A stretch of DNA of 38,450 nucleotides from a virus (lineage: Duplodnaviria > Heunggongvirae > Uroviricota > Caudoviricetes): positions 1 through 38,450 of IMG/VR virus record IMGVR_UViG_2778261515_000019; one strand, written 5' to 3'. Below, piece by piece: positions 26,080 through 35,395 of this stretch; position 1 is the stretch's first letter; every line of letters starts with the position of its first letter. A program made the translations under genes and the position numbers. Under the pieces are notes generated by a model. It did not search any database. It saw only the letters and a program-made list of their open reading frames with translations, and was not told the DNA's origin.

Positions 26080-29000
26080 TGGGATTTGAAGTATTGGTAG
26101 GCGCGGTTATTGCTGGTGCGTCTGCTGGGATGGCTGCTGCTGCAACATTTTCTGTTATGACCGCAGTCGCTATCGGTATGGCTGCTGGTGCAATGACCTT
26201 GATCGCTTCCACTGTAGGCGCACCGAAAACACCGAAAGTACAAAGCCCAGATAATGCGGTGACACTAGGAACATCAAACGATCCTAAGACAGTATTACCC
26301 GTTATTTTTGGTACTACCCGCACGGGTGCAATCTGCGTTTACAAAGCAATTTCCAAGCAAGAAAACAATAAGTTAGTGCAAATCTTCGCTATTGCCGAGG
26401 GTGAAATCGACCATTACAAAGCACTGTTTATCGATAACAAAAATGTTCTTGTTGGTAAGAACATGACGATCCGTGATGGTGTACTGGACAAAGGCAACAT
26501 TAAAGAAGAATATCGGAAAGTCTTAGAAGTTGAGTTCCGCACGGGTAAGAATCCTAACACCGCTTTGTCACTGGCAAAACGTCATTTAGGATCAGACTGG
26601 AACGACAACTACAAAGGCAATGGTATTGCAACCATGTGTATTGTGTTACGTCGTGATGACAAATCTCTTGCTGCTGGTGTTGATATTCTCCAGCCAAATA
26701 GCCAGGTAGCAGTAGACGTTTGCGGCCTTAAAATCCGTAACCTTGAAACCAATGCTATTGAGGCTAGCACTAACGGCGTGGATCAGATTTTCCACTACCT
26801 AACAAATGAAAAATATGGCTTATCCGTACCAATTGAAAACATTAACGTTGATTCATTCCTGAAAGTACGTAAACAAGTACGCCAGATGGACCTACATTCA
26901 AACGGTGCATGTGATCCGAACGCCAGCTTTAAAGAGAACTTGACTAGCCTTATGCAGACTTTCGGCGGGGTGATGTTCGAATCCTTTGGACGTATTACCC
27001 TGAAACTGGATGCTCCTGATATTGTTAAGCATACCTTCAATGAAGACAATATTATGATGGGGAAAGTATCACTGAAAACAGGTGGCACTAACGGTTATTT
27101 CAATACCATTAACGCGATGTATCAGGAACCATCAATCGACTATTCCGAGCAAATGCTACGTTATCCGGCTGATGCTGAAAACGATGCTACTATTCGTCAA
27201 GATGGTCGAATTATCGCTAAAGATATTGAATATCGTTTTGTTAAGTCTAAAGCCCAGATTGATAAACTTGCGAGTATTGAGCGAAATAAATCTCGTATCA
27301 CTCAGGTTATCAGCTTTATGACTACTGACGCATTCACTGCCGAAGTTTGGGACGTTATCAGCGTAACCTATGATGAATTGAAGCTGAATAATTCCTTATG
27401 GCGTATTACTGCAATTGATCGCTCGATTGATTCTGGTATTGCTGGGATGATGACTATCACCGCTACAGAATATAATTCTCAGGTTTATACTGACCTGAAC
27501 TATGCGGCTAACCCAGATAACCGACCAAGTGGTTTACCGGATTCAATGACAGTACAGAAACCGACTAATTTCAGAATTAAGGCAACTGGCGAGACGATTT
27601 ACGGTAAAAACGTTACTTTGACATGGGACGCACCGGAAGATTTTAACCGCTACGGTTTCCAGATTGATTATCGTGTGAGTGGATCACCTAACTGGATTAA
27701 GCTGGGACAGACTTCACAGCAAATTTTCAATATCAACGCACTGGCTAAAGATCGCTCTTATGATTACCGAGTTTGTGCTTTCGGTATCATCGCTCGATCC
27801 GATTGGGTAGAACTGATTAACCAGAATCCGACTGTTACCTATGAATTGCCGACTCCGGTTATTCGAATCAAAAATCAGGGTAGCACGCCAGGAACTTTCG
27901 AAGGTAATGATCTGATTATCGAATGGGAAAACCAGCAACAATTAGATGTTGAGATCAACGGTGAAACTAACAAGTTTAGTGACCTGTTTGAAGCATACAT
28001 TATCAAGGTGACTAACAAGGCTGGTAAGTCTATTCAGTACCGTACCCGCGATCCTGAATCATGGACTTATACGCTTGATATGAACCAGTTTAACGGCCTT
28101 TCGCGTCAACTGACGGTAGAAGTATCGGCTAAGGGCTATAACAACTCAGAGAGCGCCCCAGCGCGTTTAGTGGCTATCAACCCACAACATAAGCCAATGA
28201 AAGGTTTTAGTGCGCGTGGTGGCTTTAATACTGCGTTTGTTAGCTGGGTAGATGACGTAGAACATGACTATGCAGGGTCAATCATCCAGTATGCAACCGA
28301 TAACACTTTCTCCGATGCAAGGGCGGTAAGCACGAATAGTGTTAGCCATACTTCCTTTGATTTGGCAGACGGTGATTATTATATCCGTGGTGCTCACTAC
28401 GATATTTTCGGTATGGATGATGCTGTTTGGTCTGAACCGTATTTCATGCAAATGAAATCTACCATTAGCTGGGACGATCAGGACAAAGAAGCACTGGAAG
28501 ACCTGATTGGTTTACAAGACCGCTTAGATGAAACTATCGCGGATGCTATTGCTCAAGCTGGCGCTAATGCCGATGCTAAAATTGATGCAATGCATAAGCA
28601 AATCACTACCGAAACAGGGCAGACGGTCCAAGCCTCAGCCAATACCTTAAAGAGTCTGATTGCTACCAGCGAGCAAGCTAGCTCCACTAAGATTGATCAG
28701 GTTAAAGCTGAACTGAAAGGCGATATTAAATCCGAAGTCAGCGCATCTGCTACTACCCTGAAACAAGCAATTGCTACCAGTGAGGCAGCAAGCGCAAGCA
28801 AGATTGATCAAGTTCGGGTAGAAATGGATGGCAAGATTGCTGGCGTGAATCAGGAAGCAGATGTAAAAATCGATGCTTTGAAAGGAACCATTAACAGCAA
28901 ATATAATCTGGCAGTTAATGCAGATGGTCGCGTGGCTGGTATTCACATGAGCGCAACCAACGATCCGGCGCAACCGACGAGAATCATCTTTAATGCTGAT

Positions 29001-29855
29001 AAAATCGCGGTAGCTCCACAGAACGGATCGGAAGTATGCCCGTTTGGTATCGAAGGTAACAAGGTTTATCTCGATAATGCGATGATTCGTAATGCTGCAA
29101 TTGGTACAGCCCAGATTAATGATGCGGCGATTACCACGGCTAAAATCGGCAATGCTGCAATTAACAGCGCGAAGATTCAGGACGGGGCAATCACTAACGC
29201 GAAGATCGTAAACGGTGCAATTGATAACGCTAAAATCGGTAACTATATCCAGTCTTCCAACTGGAACGGATCGACCGGATGGCATATCAACAAGAACGGG
29301 TCCGCTACGTTCATGAACGCTACCGTTAAAGGTAATATCACGGCTGATTCTGGTACTCTGAACAACGTCACGATTAACTCTAGCTGTGTTATTAAGGGTA
29401 TGCTTGAAGCTACTCAGGTTAAGGGTGATTTCGTTAAGGTGATTGGACGTAAGTTCCCGCATCGTGATGTTAACGTTGATAATGGTTATGCTGGTTATCC
29501 ACAGGGAACGGTCACTGTTCGCGTTGAAGATGATCACAAGTTCGATCGTCAAATCGTTATTCCGGCTGTTAGTTTTGGTGGATTGCGAGCGCGTGAAGGG
29601 TCGAACAATAATACCTATTACGACACCTGTCGCCTGATTGTTCGTAAGAATGGGTCAGAGTTGTATAATAGGGCGTATGGCGGTAATACTGGTCTTTACT
29701 CAGGTGTTATTGATATGCCAGCGGGTAAGGGTGCTGTGACCTTGACCTTTGAAGTACACTCAAGCGCAATCAACAACTGGACGCCTAGCACATGGATCAG
29801 TGATTTAACAGTAATGGTAACTAAAAAAGCCACTACCGGTATTACTGTTTCTTAA
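26079..29855 (+). CDS. Tail tip / host specificity protein: gpI-like N-terminus fused to J-like body with lambda-J-like C-terminal receptor-binding region
   Basis: N-terminal Ala/Gly-rich hydrophobic stretch like lambda gpI C-terminus; C-terminal SGTLNNVTINSSCVIKG...DDHKFDRQIVIPAVSFGG...IDMPAGKGAVTLTFEV resembles lambda J C-terminus as recalled. Confidence 0.85.
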   Translation: MGFEVLVGAVIAGASAGMAAAATFSVMTAVAIGMAAGAMTLIASTVGAPKTPKVQSPDNAVTLGTSNDPKTVLPVIFGTTRTGAICVYKAISKQENNKLVQIFAIAEGEIDHYKALFIDNKNVLVGKNMTIRDGVLDKGNIKEEYRKVLEVEFRTGKNPNTALSLAKRHLGSDWNDNYKGNGIATMCIVLRRDDKSLAAGVDILQPNSQVAVDVCGLKIRNLETNAIEASTNGVDQIFHYLTNEKYGLSVPIENINVDSFLKVRKQVRQMDLHSNGACDPNASFKENLTSLMQTFGGVMFESFGRITLKLDAPDIVKHTFNEDNIMMGKVSLKTGGTNGYFNTINAMYQEPSIDYSEQMLRYPADAENDATIRQDGRIIAKDIEYRFVKSKAQIDKLASIERNKSRITQVISFMTTDAFTAEVWDVISVTYDELKLNNSLWRITAIDRSIDSGIAGMMTITATEYNSQVYTDLNYAANPDNRPSGLPDSMTVQKPTNFRIKATGETIYGKNVTLTWDAPEDFNRYGFQIDYRVSGSPNWIKLGQTSQQIFNINALAKDRSYDYRVCAFGIIARSDWVELINQNPTVTYELPTPVIRIKNQGSTPGTFEGNDLIIEWENQQQLDVEINGETNKFSDLFEAYIIKVTNKAGKSIQYRTRDPESWTYTLDMNQFNGLSRQLTVEVSAKGYNNSESAPARLVAINPQHKPMKGFSARGGFNTAFVSWVDDVEHDYAGSIIQYATDNTFSDARAVSTNSVSHTSFDLADGDYYIRGAHYDIFGMDDAVWSEPYFMQMKSTISWDDQDKEALEDLIGLQDRLDETIADAIAQAGANADAKIDAMHKQITTETGQTVQASANTLKSLIATSEQASSTKIDQVKAELKGDIKSEVSASATTLKQAIATSEAASASKIDQVRVEMDGKIAGVNQEADVKIDALKGTINSKYNLAVNADGRVAGIHMSATNDPAQPTRIIFNADKIAVAPQNGSEVCPFGIEGNKVYLDNAMIRNAAIGTAQINDAAITTAKIGNAAINSAKIQDGAITNAKIVNGAIDNAKIGNYIQSSNWNGSTGWHINKNGSATFMNATVKGNITADSGTLNNVTINSSCVIKGMLEATQVKGDFVKVIGRKFPHRDVNVDNGYAGYPQGTVTVRVEDDHKFDRQIVIPAVSFGGLRAREGSNNNTYYDTCRLIVRKNGSELYNRAYGGNTGLYSGVIDMPAGKGAVTLTFEVHSSAINNWTPSTWISDLTVMVTKKATTGITVS

Positions 29856-29873
29856 AATTTAATTTTAATAATT

Positions 29874-29914
29874 AATCCCGCTTAATTCTTTTGAGTTAGG
29901 CGGGATTATTTTTA
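29874..29914 (+). terminator. Terminator after tail-tip gene
   Basis: AATCCCGCTTAA ... TTAGGCGGGATT stem followed by ATTTTTAT. Confidence 0.5.
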
Positions 29915-29960
29915 TCTAAATATTTCTGCCATTAAACTATATAAAAATATCGGGGGCGTA

Positions 29961-30239
29961 ATGACTGAAATTATATATGGCGGTATCGGTGTTATCGCCT
30001 TAATTTGCGGTGGTCTTTGGAGACTTCACCGAAATCAATTAGCCACAGAAAATAGATTGTCGAAATTAGAGTCCAATGATGCATTGTTTAATCAGAAGTT
30101 TGAAACAATGCAAAGTAACCATGACCAGATCGCCGAGAGAGTTTATCGCATGGAACAAACACTACACGGTATAGAGAAGAAAGTGGTTGCGATGGACGCC
30201 AAATTTGACCAAGTTCTCGACATACTCAAACAAAAATAA
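29961..30239 (+). CDS. Single-TM protein with coiled-coil tail (holin/antiholin- or spanin-like candidate)
   Basis: N-terminal TM GGIGVIALICGGLW followed by heptad-rich helix. Confidence 0.4.
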   Translation: MTEIIYGGIGVIALICGGLWRLHRNQLATENRLSKLESNDALFNQKFETMQSNHDQIAERVYRMEQTLHGIEKKVVAMDAKFDQVLDILKQK

Positions 30240-30258
30240 TAATAAAAGGGGTGAATAT

Positions 30259-30429
30259 ATGAAGAATAAACTTAAGAAATATTTTGGTTATCTCTTGATT
30301 ATCGCCCTCACTTATAACGTAGCAATTAGACCTCTGCTAACGTCCTTTGGGCTTGAACTCCCGGCTATGACCGTGGATGAACAATTGCTAAGGACACTGG
30401 CGGGGGTCTTTTCGTTATTAGGGGGCTAA
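30259..30429 (+). CDS. Small membrane protein (holin-like candidate), 56 aa from ATG at 30259
   Basis: RBS AAGGGGTG; hydrophobic FGYLLIIALTYNVAI and LAGVFSLLGG. Confidence 0.4.
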   Translation: MKNKLKKYFGYLLIIALTYNVAIRPLLTSFGLELPAMTVDEQLLRTLAGVFSLLGG

Positions 30430-30430
30430 C

Positions 30431-31114
30431 ATGGCAACCAGTACCAATAAACGAAACGCTCTAAGGACTAAGAAAGCGTTACGCCAATGGACTGATAAAG
30501 CAACCGATACATTCGAAAGGGCGATAGGGGAAGGGGCGATCTTTGCTTCCAGAGCACTCCAGAAGAAGATTAACAAGAATGTTGATAGACCGACTCGATG
30601 GACTCAGCAAGCTGTAGGTAATACCAACTACAAGAACCGATCAGGGACGAGACACCAAATCTTCATCAAGGGCGCAAGGGATAAGGACAAGAAGATCGGC
30701 AGTCAAGACGACTATCTGAAACACTATTTCGATGGTGGCAAAATCAATAAGCTAGTGCCAATAGCTAACGGTAAGGTCTTAGACTCCCACGGGAACATTA
30801 AGGCCATTAAAGGCGGTAAGATGATGCGTAACATCGAAAATGGCAACTTCATCAAGGTAGAGAACAAGGAAGGGACTTTTATCATGAAGAAGTACAAGCC
30901 TAAGAAATCCCGAACCAAACGCGCTAGGAATGGATCGGCGGTGGCAAAACGTCGCTTAGAGAAACGCATACAGAAACAGAGCAAGCGAATTGTTGCCGTT
31001 AAGTCAGATAAAATTTCTACTCGTTATTCGACGCTAGGATCGTGGGAAAGCAACGAGGAAATGATGCTTAAGAACATTAATAAGCACATTAAATCGCGCA
31101 TGAGATACGTTTAA
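30431..31114 (+). CDS. Highly basic protein of unknown function
   Basis: 227 aa, Lys/Arg-rich throughout. Confidence 0.5.
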   Translation: MATSTNKRNALRTKKALRQWTDKATDTFERAIGEGAIFASRALQKKINKNVDRPTRWTQQAVGNTNYKNRSGTRHQIFIKGARDKDKKIGSQDDYLKHYFDGGKINKLVPIANGKVLDSHGNIKAIKGGKMMRNIENGNFIKVENKEGTFIMKKYKPKKSRTKRARNGSAVAKRRLEKRIQKQSKRIVAVKSDKISTRYSTLGSWESNEEMMLKNINKHIKSRMRYV

Positions 31115-31152
31115 TCCATAAATACCCTCATAGAATCTTATGGGGGTATAAC

Positions 31153-31500
31153 ATGGCTAAAAATATTTTCACTGAATTTCCTACTTATCCGGTCGATCAG
31201 CTTTCCGGTATTTTTATTAATGGCATTAGCCCAGAATCAATGACACATGATTTTGAGGCGAAGAGAGTTAAACATAAACAATATAAAGAATGTATCCGCG
31301 ATCATGAAAAAGGGACCGTGTTTTGTGTCGCTACATTGGCTAAACGTCCTAAGTATCGTTTTCGTGTAGGGCAAGAAGTCGATGTAGTTAATCCTTATAG
31401 CTTTAACTGTCTGGGTGATGCACGCGCGGTGTGTGTAGGCACTGCTCCTTATTATATCAAGGGTATGCGCTTTATTGGTTATATCTTCGAAATGATCTAA
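31153..31500 (+). CDS. Hypothetical protein, 115 aa
   Basis: Clean ORF between terminators and flanking genes; no family recognised. Confidence 0.5.
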   Translation: MAKNIFTEFPTYPVDQLSGIFINGISPESMTHDFEAKRVKHKQYKECIRDHEKGTVFCVATLAKRPKYRFRVGQEVDVVNPYSFNCLGDARAVCVGTAPYYIKGMRFIGYIFEMI

Positions 31501-31509
31501 GGGGGTAAT

Positions 31510-31863
31510 ATGTTAAGCAAACATTTTTCTCGCAAGGAATTTAAATGTAAATGCGGAAAATGTGATTATGATACAATCGACGCTGAATTACTGGTAATTC
31601 TTGAGGATGTACGAGAGCACTTCGGTAAACCAGTGATTATTAACAGTGGCAACCGTTGCCCGACTCATAACAAGAATGTAGGCGGGGCAGCCAATAGCTA
31701 TCATGTTCGAGGCCGTGCGGCTGACATTGTGATCAAGGGTGTCTCCCCTGATATTGTCCATGCTTATCTTGATGGGAAATATCCTACTCAATACGGCTTA
31801 GGCAAATATAAAACCTTTACGCATATCGATTCCAGATCGAAAAAATCACGGTGGAATGGATAA
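31510..31863 (+). CDS. Peptidase M15-family cell-wall hydrolase (endolysin candidate)
   Basis: Motifs SYHVRGRAADI and THID (zinc ligands H/D/H of the Hedgehog/DD-peptidase fold) and CKCGKC; RBS GGGGGT. Confidence 0.65.
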   Translation: MLSKHFSRKEFKCKCGKCDYDTIDAELLVILEDVREHFGKPVIINSGNRCPTHNKNVGGAANSYHVRGRAADIVIKGVSPDIVHAYLDGKYPTQYGLGKYKTFTHIDSRSKKSRWNG

Positions 31864-31896
31864 AACAAAAGCGCCTCTAGTGGGCGCTTTTTTGTT
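31864..31896. terminator. Bidirectional terminator between convergent plus operon and helicase gene
   Basis: AAGCGCC-TCTAGTG-GGCGCTT flanked by A-run and T-run. Confidence 0.65.
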
Positions 31897-33394
31897 ATAT
31901 AGCAATTGTTTTAGTTGCATAGCTGAACTTGTCGGTTAGATAATAGCGGATTCTCTCAAGTGCATGTTTTACCGCATAATTTTTATGCTTGACTTTTCCG
32001 TTACGACCGAATATACACAGATGATCTATAAGATCCCAGACCGTTGCAATATCCTTAGAACCATGTTTACGCAATGCACGACCGATACTCTGACGAACGA
32101 TAGTTGATTCCTTCACGGGATGACCGAAAATAACATGGTGCAAGTTCTTAATTGAAACACCAGTAGAGAACACACCATAGGATGCAACGCAAATGATCCC
32201 GGTTTCCCCTTCCGCTAATTTCTTAAATTCATCACGTTCTTCTGTCTTAACTCCACCGTCAATATAATAAACCTTGTTGTGTACCTTCTGTAACGCATCA
32301 TACATAAGTTTTCCGTGCTTAGTATTGCGGAACATCAGGAATACGTTTTCGCCCTTCTTAGCGAGTTTTAGCGCCAAATTACAAGCAAACTTATTTCGTC
32401 GTGGGTTAGACGTAATATACTTGATCTCTTCCGCATATTCTCTCCCCTTAACCGCGCTACATTCCTCATCGGTATAACGAAGGAAAAGACAGTTAATTTT
32501 CAGTTTTGTCACCTGCCCTTCTTCCATCAGGCGGTCAATACTCACGATCTTAGAAATATCACCGAAAAGCCCGACATACTGCATTAAATGGCACTTTGAT
32601 TCTTTCGGGGAACCAGTCATGCCGATCTTAAATTGGCAATGATTCATTCCGTTAATGATATTGGTAATATTTTTGGCACTAGCCTTATGCGATTCATCAA
32701 CTATCAACATTCCATATTGTCGGAACCATTCAGGAGGCATCTTGCAAGCTGATTGCCAGGTACTAACCGTGATTAACCTGTCTCCCGGATGTTTCCCGCT
32801 ACCACTCATCATTGTATGAATTGCTTCATAAGGGAATAACCGATAATCGATGAAATCATCCCTCATTTGAACCACTAGCGATGTAGTAGGGACAATGATT
32901 AACACTTTTCCGGTGTAATGCTCTAAGTACCAGCGAGACAGCATACAAGCAATCAATGACTTTCCGGCACTGGTAGGAAGAACCAGCATTCTACGGCGAT
33001 TATGAATACCCTGAAAGACTGCCTCCCTTTGATACCAGTAAGGATTGATTTTATTGGAACCGGAATACACTTCTAGGGAATCAATCCATTCATTAATCGC
33101 GTCTTTGGTTACATCTTCCTTCTCAAGTAATCTGGGGTCAATCCAGACTGAATACCCCATATTTTTAACGAAGACACCCAACGTTTTTAATAGTCCAATT
33201 GGTAGGGTGTTTTCATGCGTAAACAGTCTTATTCGTCCATCCCAGCCAGAATACTTGTAACGGGGGCTAAACCTAGCCCCTTCAACCTCAAACGAGAAAT
33301 AATCTCTTAATTCCATTCCGATAGAAGGAGAGCAATCAACCTTAACGAAACTGTAATCTTGAAAATGAATTTTAATATCTTGCATTAGTTCCAC
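31895..33394 (-). CDS. SF2 DNA helicase, UvsW-like
   Basis: Motif I LPTSAGKS, motif II LIVDESH; N-terminal IKIHFQDYSFVKVDCSP...LRDYFSFEVEGARF...WDGRIRLF strongly resembles T4 UvsW as recalled. Confidence 0.8.
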   Translation of the reverse strand: MELMQDIKIHFQDYSFVKVDCSPSIGMELRDYFSFEVEGARFSPRYKYSGWDGRIRLFTHENTLPIGLLKTLGVFVKNMGYSVWIDPRLLEKEDVTKDAINEWIDSLEVYSGSNKINPYWYQREAVFQGIHNRRRMLVLPTSAGKSLIACMLSRWYLEHYTGKVLIIVPTTSLVVQMRDDFIDYRLFPYEAIHTMMSGSGKHPGDRLITVSTWQSACKMPPEWFRQYGMLIVDESHKASAKNITNIINGMNHCQFKIGMTGSPKESKCHLMQYVGLFGDISKIVSIDRLMEEGQVTKLKINCLFLRYTDEECSAVKGREYAEEIKYITSNPRRNKFACNLALKLAKKGENVFLMFRNTKHGKLMYDALQKVHNKVYYIDGGVKTEERDEFKKLAEGETGIICVASYGVFSTGVSIKNLHHVIFGHPVKESTIVRQSIGRALRKHGSKDIATVWDLIDHLCIFGRNGKVKHKNYAVKHALERIRYYLTDKFSYATKTIAI

Positions 33395-33682
33395 TCCACA
33401 CTTGCAATATTCTTTATATTGTTTAGTGATTTATTGCAGTAGTGGAATGTTTCAGTTTTGCCGTATTCAATCCCGCCTATACCCACATCCAGATAGAGAA
33501 TGCAATAGTAAGACAATTTTCTCTGATAAATAGTAGTGAACTTATTATTTTAGAGGAAACTACTATGAAACTTGCTTACGCTGCCTAATGCAATTAAATT
33601 AGGCTATGTCACAACAAACAGTTGATAAATAGCCATTTTTATAGGGGAGTATCAGAACTCCCCTACAAACTGTTATTTGCAG

Positions 33683-34177
33683 TTATCTATACTCATTTGG
33701 AATTTCGATATGAAGTGTCTCACACAATAACTTCACATCATGTGCATCATTTTCATCAAACTCGTATCCCAGATGGAACATTACTTGACTATATGGTTCA
33801 ATACAGGAAACCTCTATTTCCTCAATTCTTCCTTTACCCGAAAAAGTTTCTACCGGAAAACAATCCCCATCATAAAGAATTTCACCTTCGTCCGTATATT
33901 CAAAACAATGCAAATCAATAATTCTGTTTTTCAAATCTTCCCATACAGTATGGTTCAATGTTGTATATTCCATCTTAATCTCATAAAAGCCATTAGCTTT
34001 CATTATTTCTATAAAGTTCTGATAATCGTTCTTTTCTACAAAAATGTCAATATCATTATGGGCTCTTGACTGATATCCAAGAAGAGCATCTACACCCCAT
34101 CCACCATCAAGAAAGACTTTAATCTCCGCATCTATTGCAAATTGAAGAATCTGTTTTACATCTGTTATATTGACCAT
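33683..34177 (-). CDS. lnuC: Lincosamide nucleotidyltransferase, Lnu family (lnu(C)-like), 164 aa
   Basis: Motifs FLDGGWGVDALLG, HNDIDIFV, FHLGYEFDENDAHD typical of Lin/Lnu nucleotidyltransferases; 495-bp ORF from ATG at 34177 (track ORF extends to 34246). Confidence 0.7.
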   Translation of the reverse strand: MVNITDVKQILQFAIDAEIKVFLDGGWGVDALLGYQSRAHNDIDIFVEKNDYQNFIEIMKANGFYEIKMEYTTLNHTVWEDLKNRIIDLHCFEYTDEGEILYDGDCFPVETFSGKGRIEEIEVSCIEPYSQVMFHLGYEFDENDAHDVKLLCETLHIEIPNEYR

Positions 34178-34200
34178 CTTATCATCTCCACAAATTCTAA

Positions 34201-35244
34201 TTAGGCGACCAGAGGAACTGCTGGTCTGTTTGATAAATCTCTGCATTTAGCAGTTTTCAATGTTGCCAAAACAAAAGTTAAGAAGATGTTCCTTTTCTCC
34301 ATGTCGCTTTCTTTGGCGTAATTTACAAGGTTATTCCACACAAGATAGTTGTTCAGATACTTGGTAGAAACACCGTTAAAGCCACGCATAAACCTCTTTA
34401 GCTGGCTATGGTAGCTATTGATATGTTGGATATTATAAATGCCTTTCTTGGCTTTGCCAGTCTTTAACTGCACAAGGTCAATGCCATTGGCATTTGTAAA
34501 TCTCACATAGGAGTTCATCTTGTCCGTAACAAGAGTGGAATTGGTCTTAATCCTACCATCATAAATATGATGTAAATCTCTTGTAGAAACTCTACCAGTA
34601 TTCGTAATCTTGGAGATAGACAAGCCATTCCTATTAACCGCACAAGGAACACATACCTTTTCTTGGGACAAGCCTCTGATATGTGTAGAATGACCACGCT
34701 TATGAGCCTTGCGTGGCATAGCAAATGTCTTACTCTTGCTATGATTGCCCTTGTACGAGATGGCGAAAAAAGTTTCGTCAGCCTCAATAATGCCGTCAAG
34801 GGTAACATCGTCTGCCATATTCTGAAGTGCATCCAAAATCTTGTGTCTCCAAAGGAATGCGGTGTTTCTGTGAATCCCACAAGCAACAGCAGTCTTACGA
34901 ATGGATAAGCCATTCATCATACAATCAATGTACTGCTCCCACACGGACAAGTCTTTTCTTGTACCAGACACAATGGAGTTCGTAGCAATCACGAAGGACT
35001 TGCCACAATCCTTACATACATATCGCTGTGTGCCATCTTTACGATGACCATTGCGAACCACATGGATACAGCCACAAAGAGGGCATACACGACCATTTGC
35101 AAAGCGTTCCTTTGCTACGAAATCTTCAATATTCAAAGACTTTACAAAGGCAGGACTTAAAAGCATTGTTTTAAGGCTTTCCTGCTCTGCGACAGTCAAC
35201 TTACCGATAATATCTAATGCGTCTTTGATAGTAGGCATATCCAA
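34201..35244 (-). CDS. IS1595-family (ISXO2-like) DDE transposase
   Basis: 347 aa; N-terminal zinc-ribbon CPLCGC...CKDCGK; DDE core; directly upstream of lnu gene inside the IR-bounded element. Confidence 0.75.
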   Translation of the reverse strand: MDMPTIKDALDIIGKLTVAEQESLKTMLLSPAFVKSLNIEDFVAKERFANGRVCPLCGCIHVVRNGHRKDGTQRYVCKDCGKSFVIATNSIVSGTRKDLSVWEQYIDCMMNGLSIRKTAVACGIHRNTAFLWRHKILDALQNMADDVTLDGIIEADETFFAISYKGNHSKSKTFAMPRKAHKRGHSTHIRGLSQEKVCVPCAVNRNGLSISKITNTGRVSTRDLHHIYDGRIKTNSTLVTDKMNSYVRFTNANGIDLVQLKTGKAKKGIYNIQHINSYHSQLKRFMRGFNGVSTKYLNNYLVWNNLVNYAKESDMEKRNIFLTFVLATLKTAKCRDLSNRPAVPLVA

Positions 35245-35338
35245 TTACCTCCTTCGGTGGTACTGTTTCTTACTATTATTATACGCTATTTCTCGTCAAA
35301 AATCAACCATTTGTTGTGACAGAGCCTTAAATTAAAAA

Positions 35339-35356
35339 AGGGGTACGAATGTACCC
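35339..35356 (-). terminator. Terminator of the recombinase gene (the IS element sits in its A/T tract)
   Basis: GGGGTAC-GAAT-GTACCCC with A-run on plus side. Confidence 0.55.
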
Positions 35357-35395
35357 CTTAACTGTTTTAGCTCGTTATACGTCGATTTAGGCCGC

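Larger units (their letters stand above)
33602..35325 (-). mobile_element. IS1595-family transposon unit (1724 bp) carrying an lnu(C)-like gene, with imperfect ~25-bp terminal inverted repeats and an 8-bp target-site duplication
   Basis: IRs GGCTATGTCACAACAAACAGTTGAT / ATCAACCATTTGTTGTGACAGAGCC; direct repeat TTAAATTA at 33594..33601 and 35326..35333; AT-rich composition unlike flanks. Confidence 0.8.

Noticed and set aside
28647-29552. 301-aa minus-strand ORF
   Set aside because: Antisense within the tail-tip gene; no independent signals
31895-33394. Classifying the whole window as T4-like because of the UvsW-type helicase
   Set aside because: Terminase, portal, capsid and tail-tip genes are lambda/HK97-like and genes are far smaller than in T4-type modules; the helicase is better explained as an exchanged module
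33565-33588. 7-codon mini-ORF (MKLAYAA) with strong RBS just left of the IS element
   Set aside because: Too short to call; may be a leader peptide or chance ORF; noted only
33622-34069. Plus-strand ORFs of 99 and 109 aa
   Set aside because: Antisense to the lnu gene inside the AT-rich element; low-complexity products
34515-34913. 132-aa minus-strand ORF and 81-aa plus ORF at 34663..34908
   Set aside because: Alternate frames inside the transposase gene
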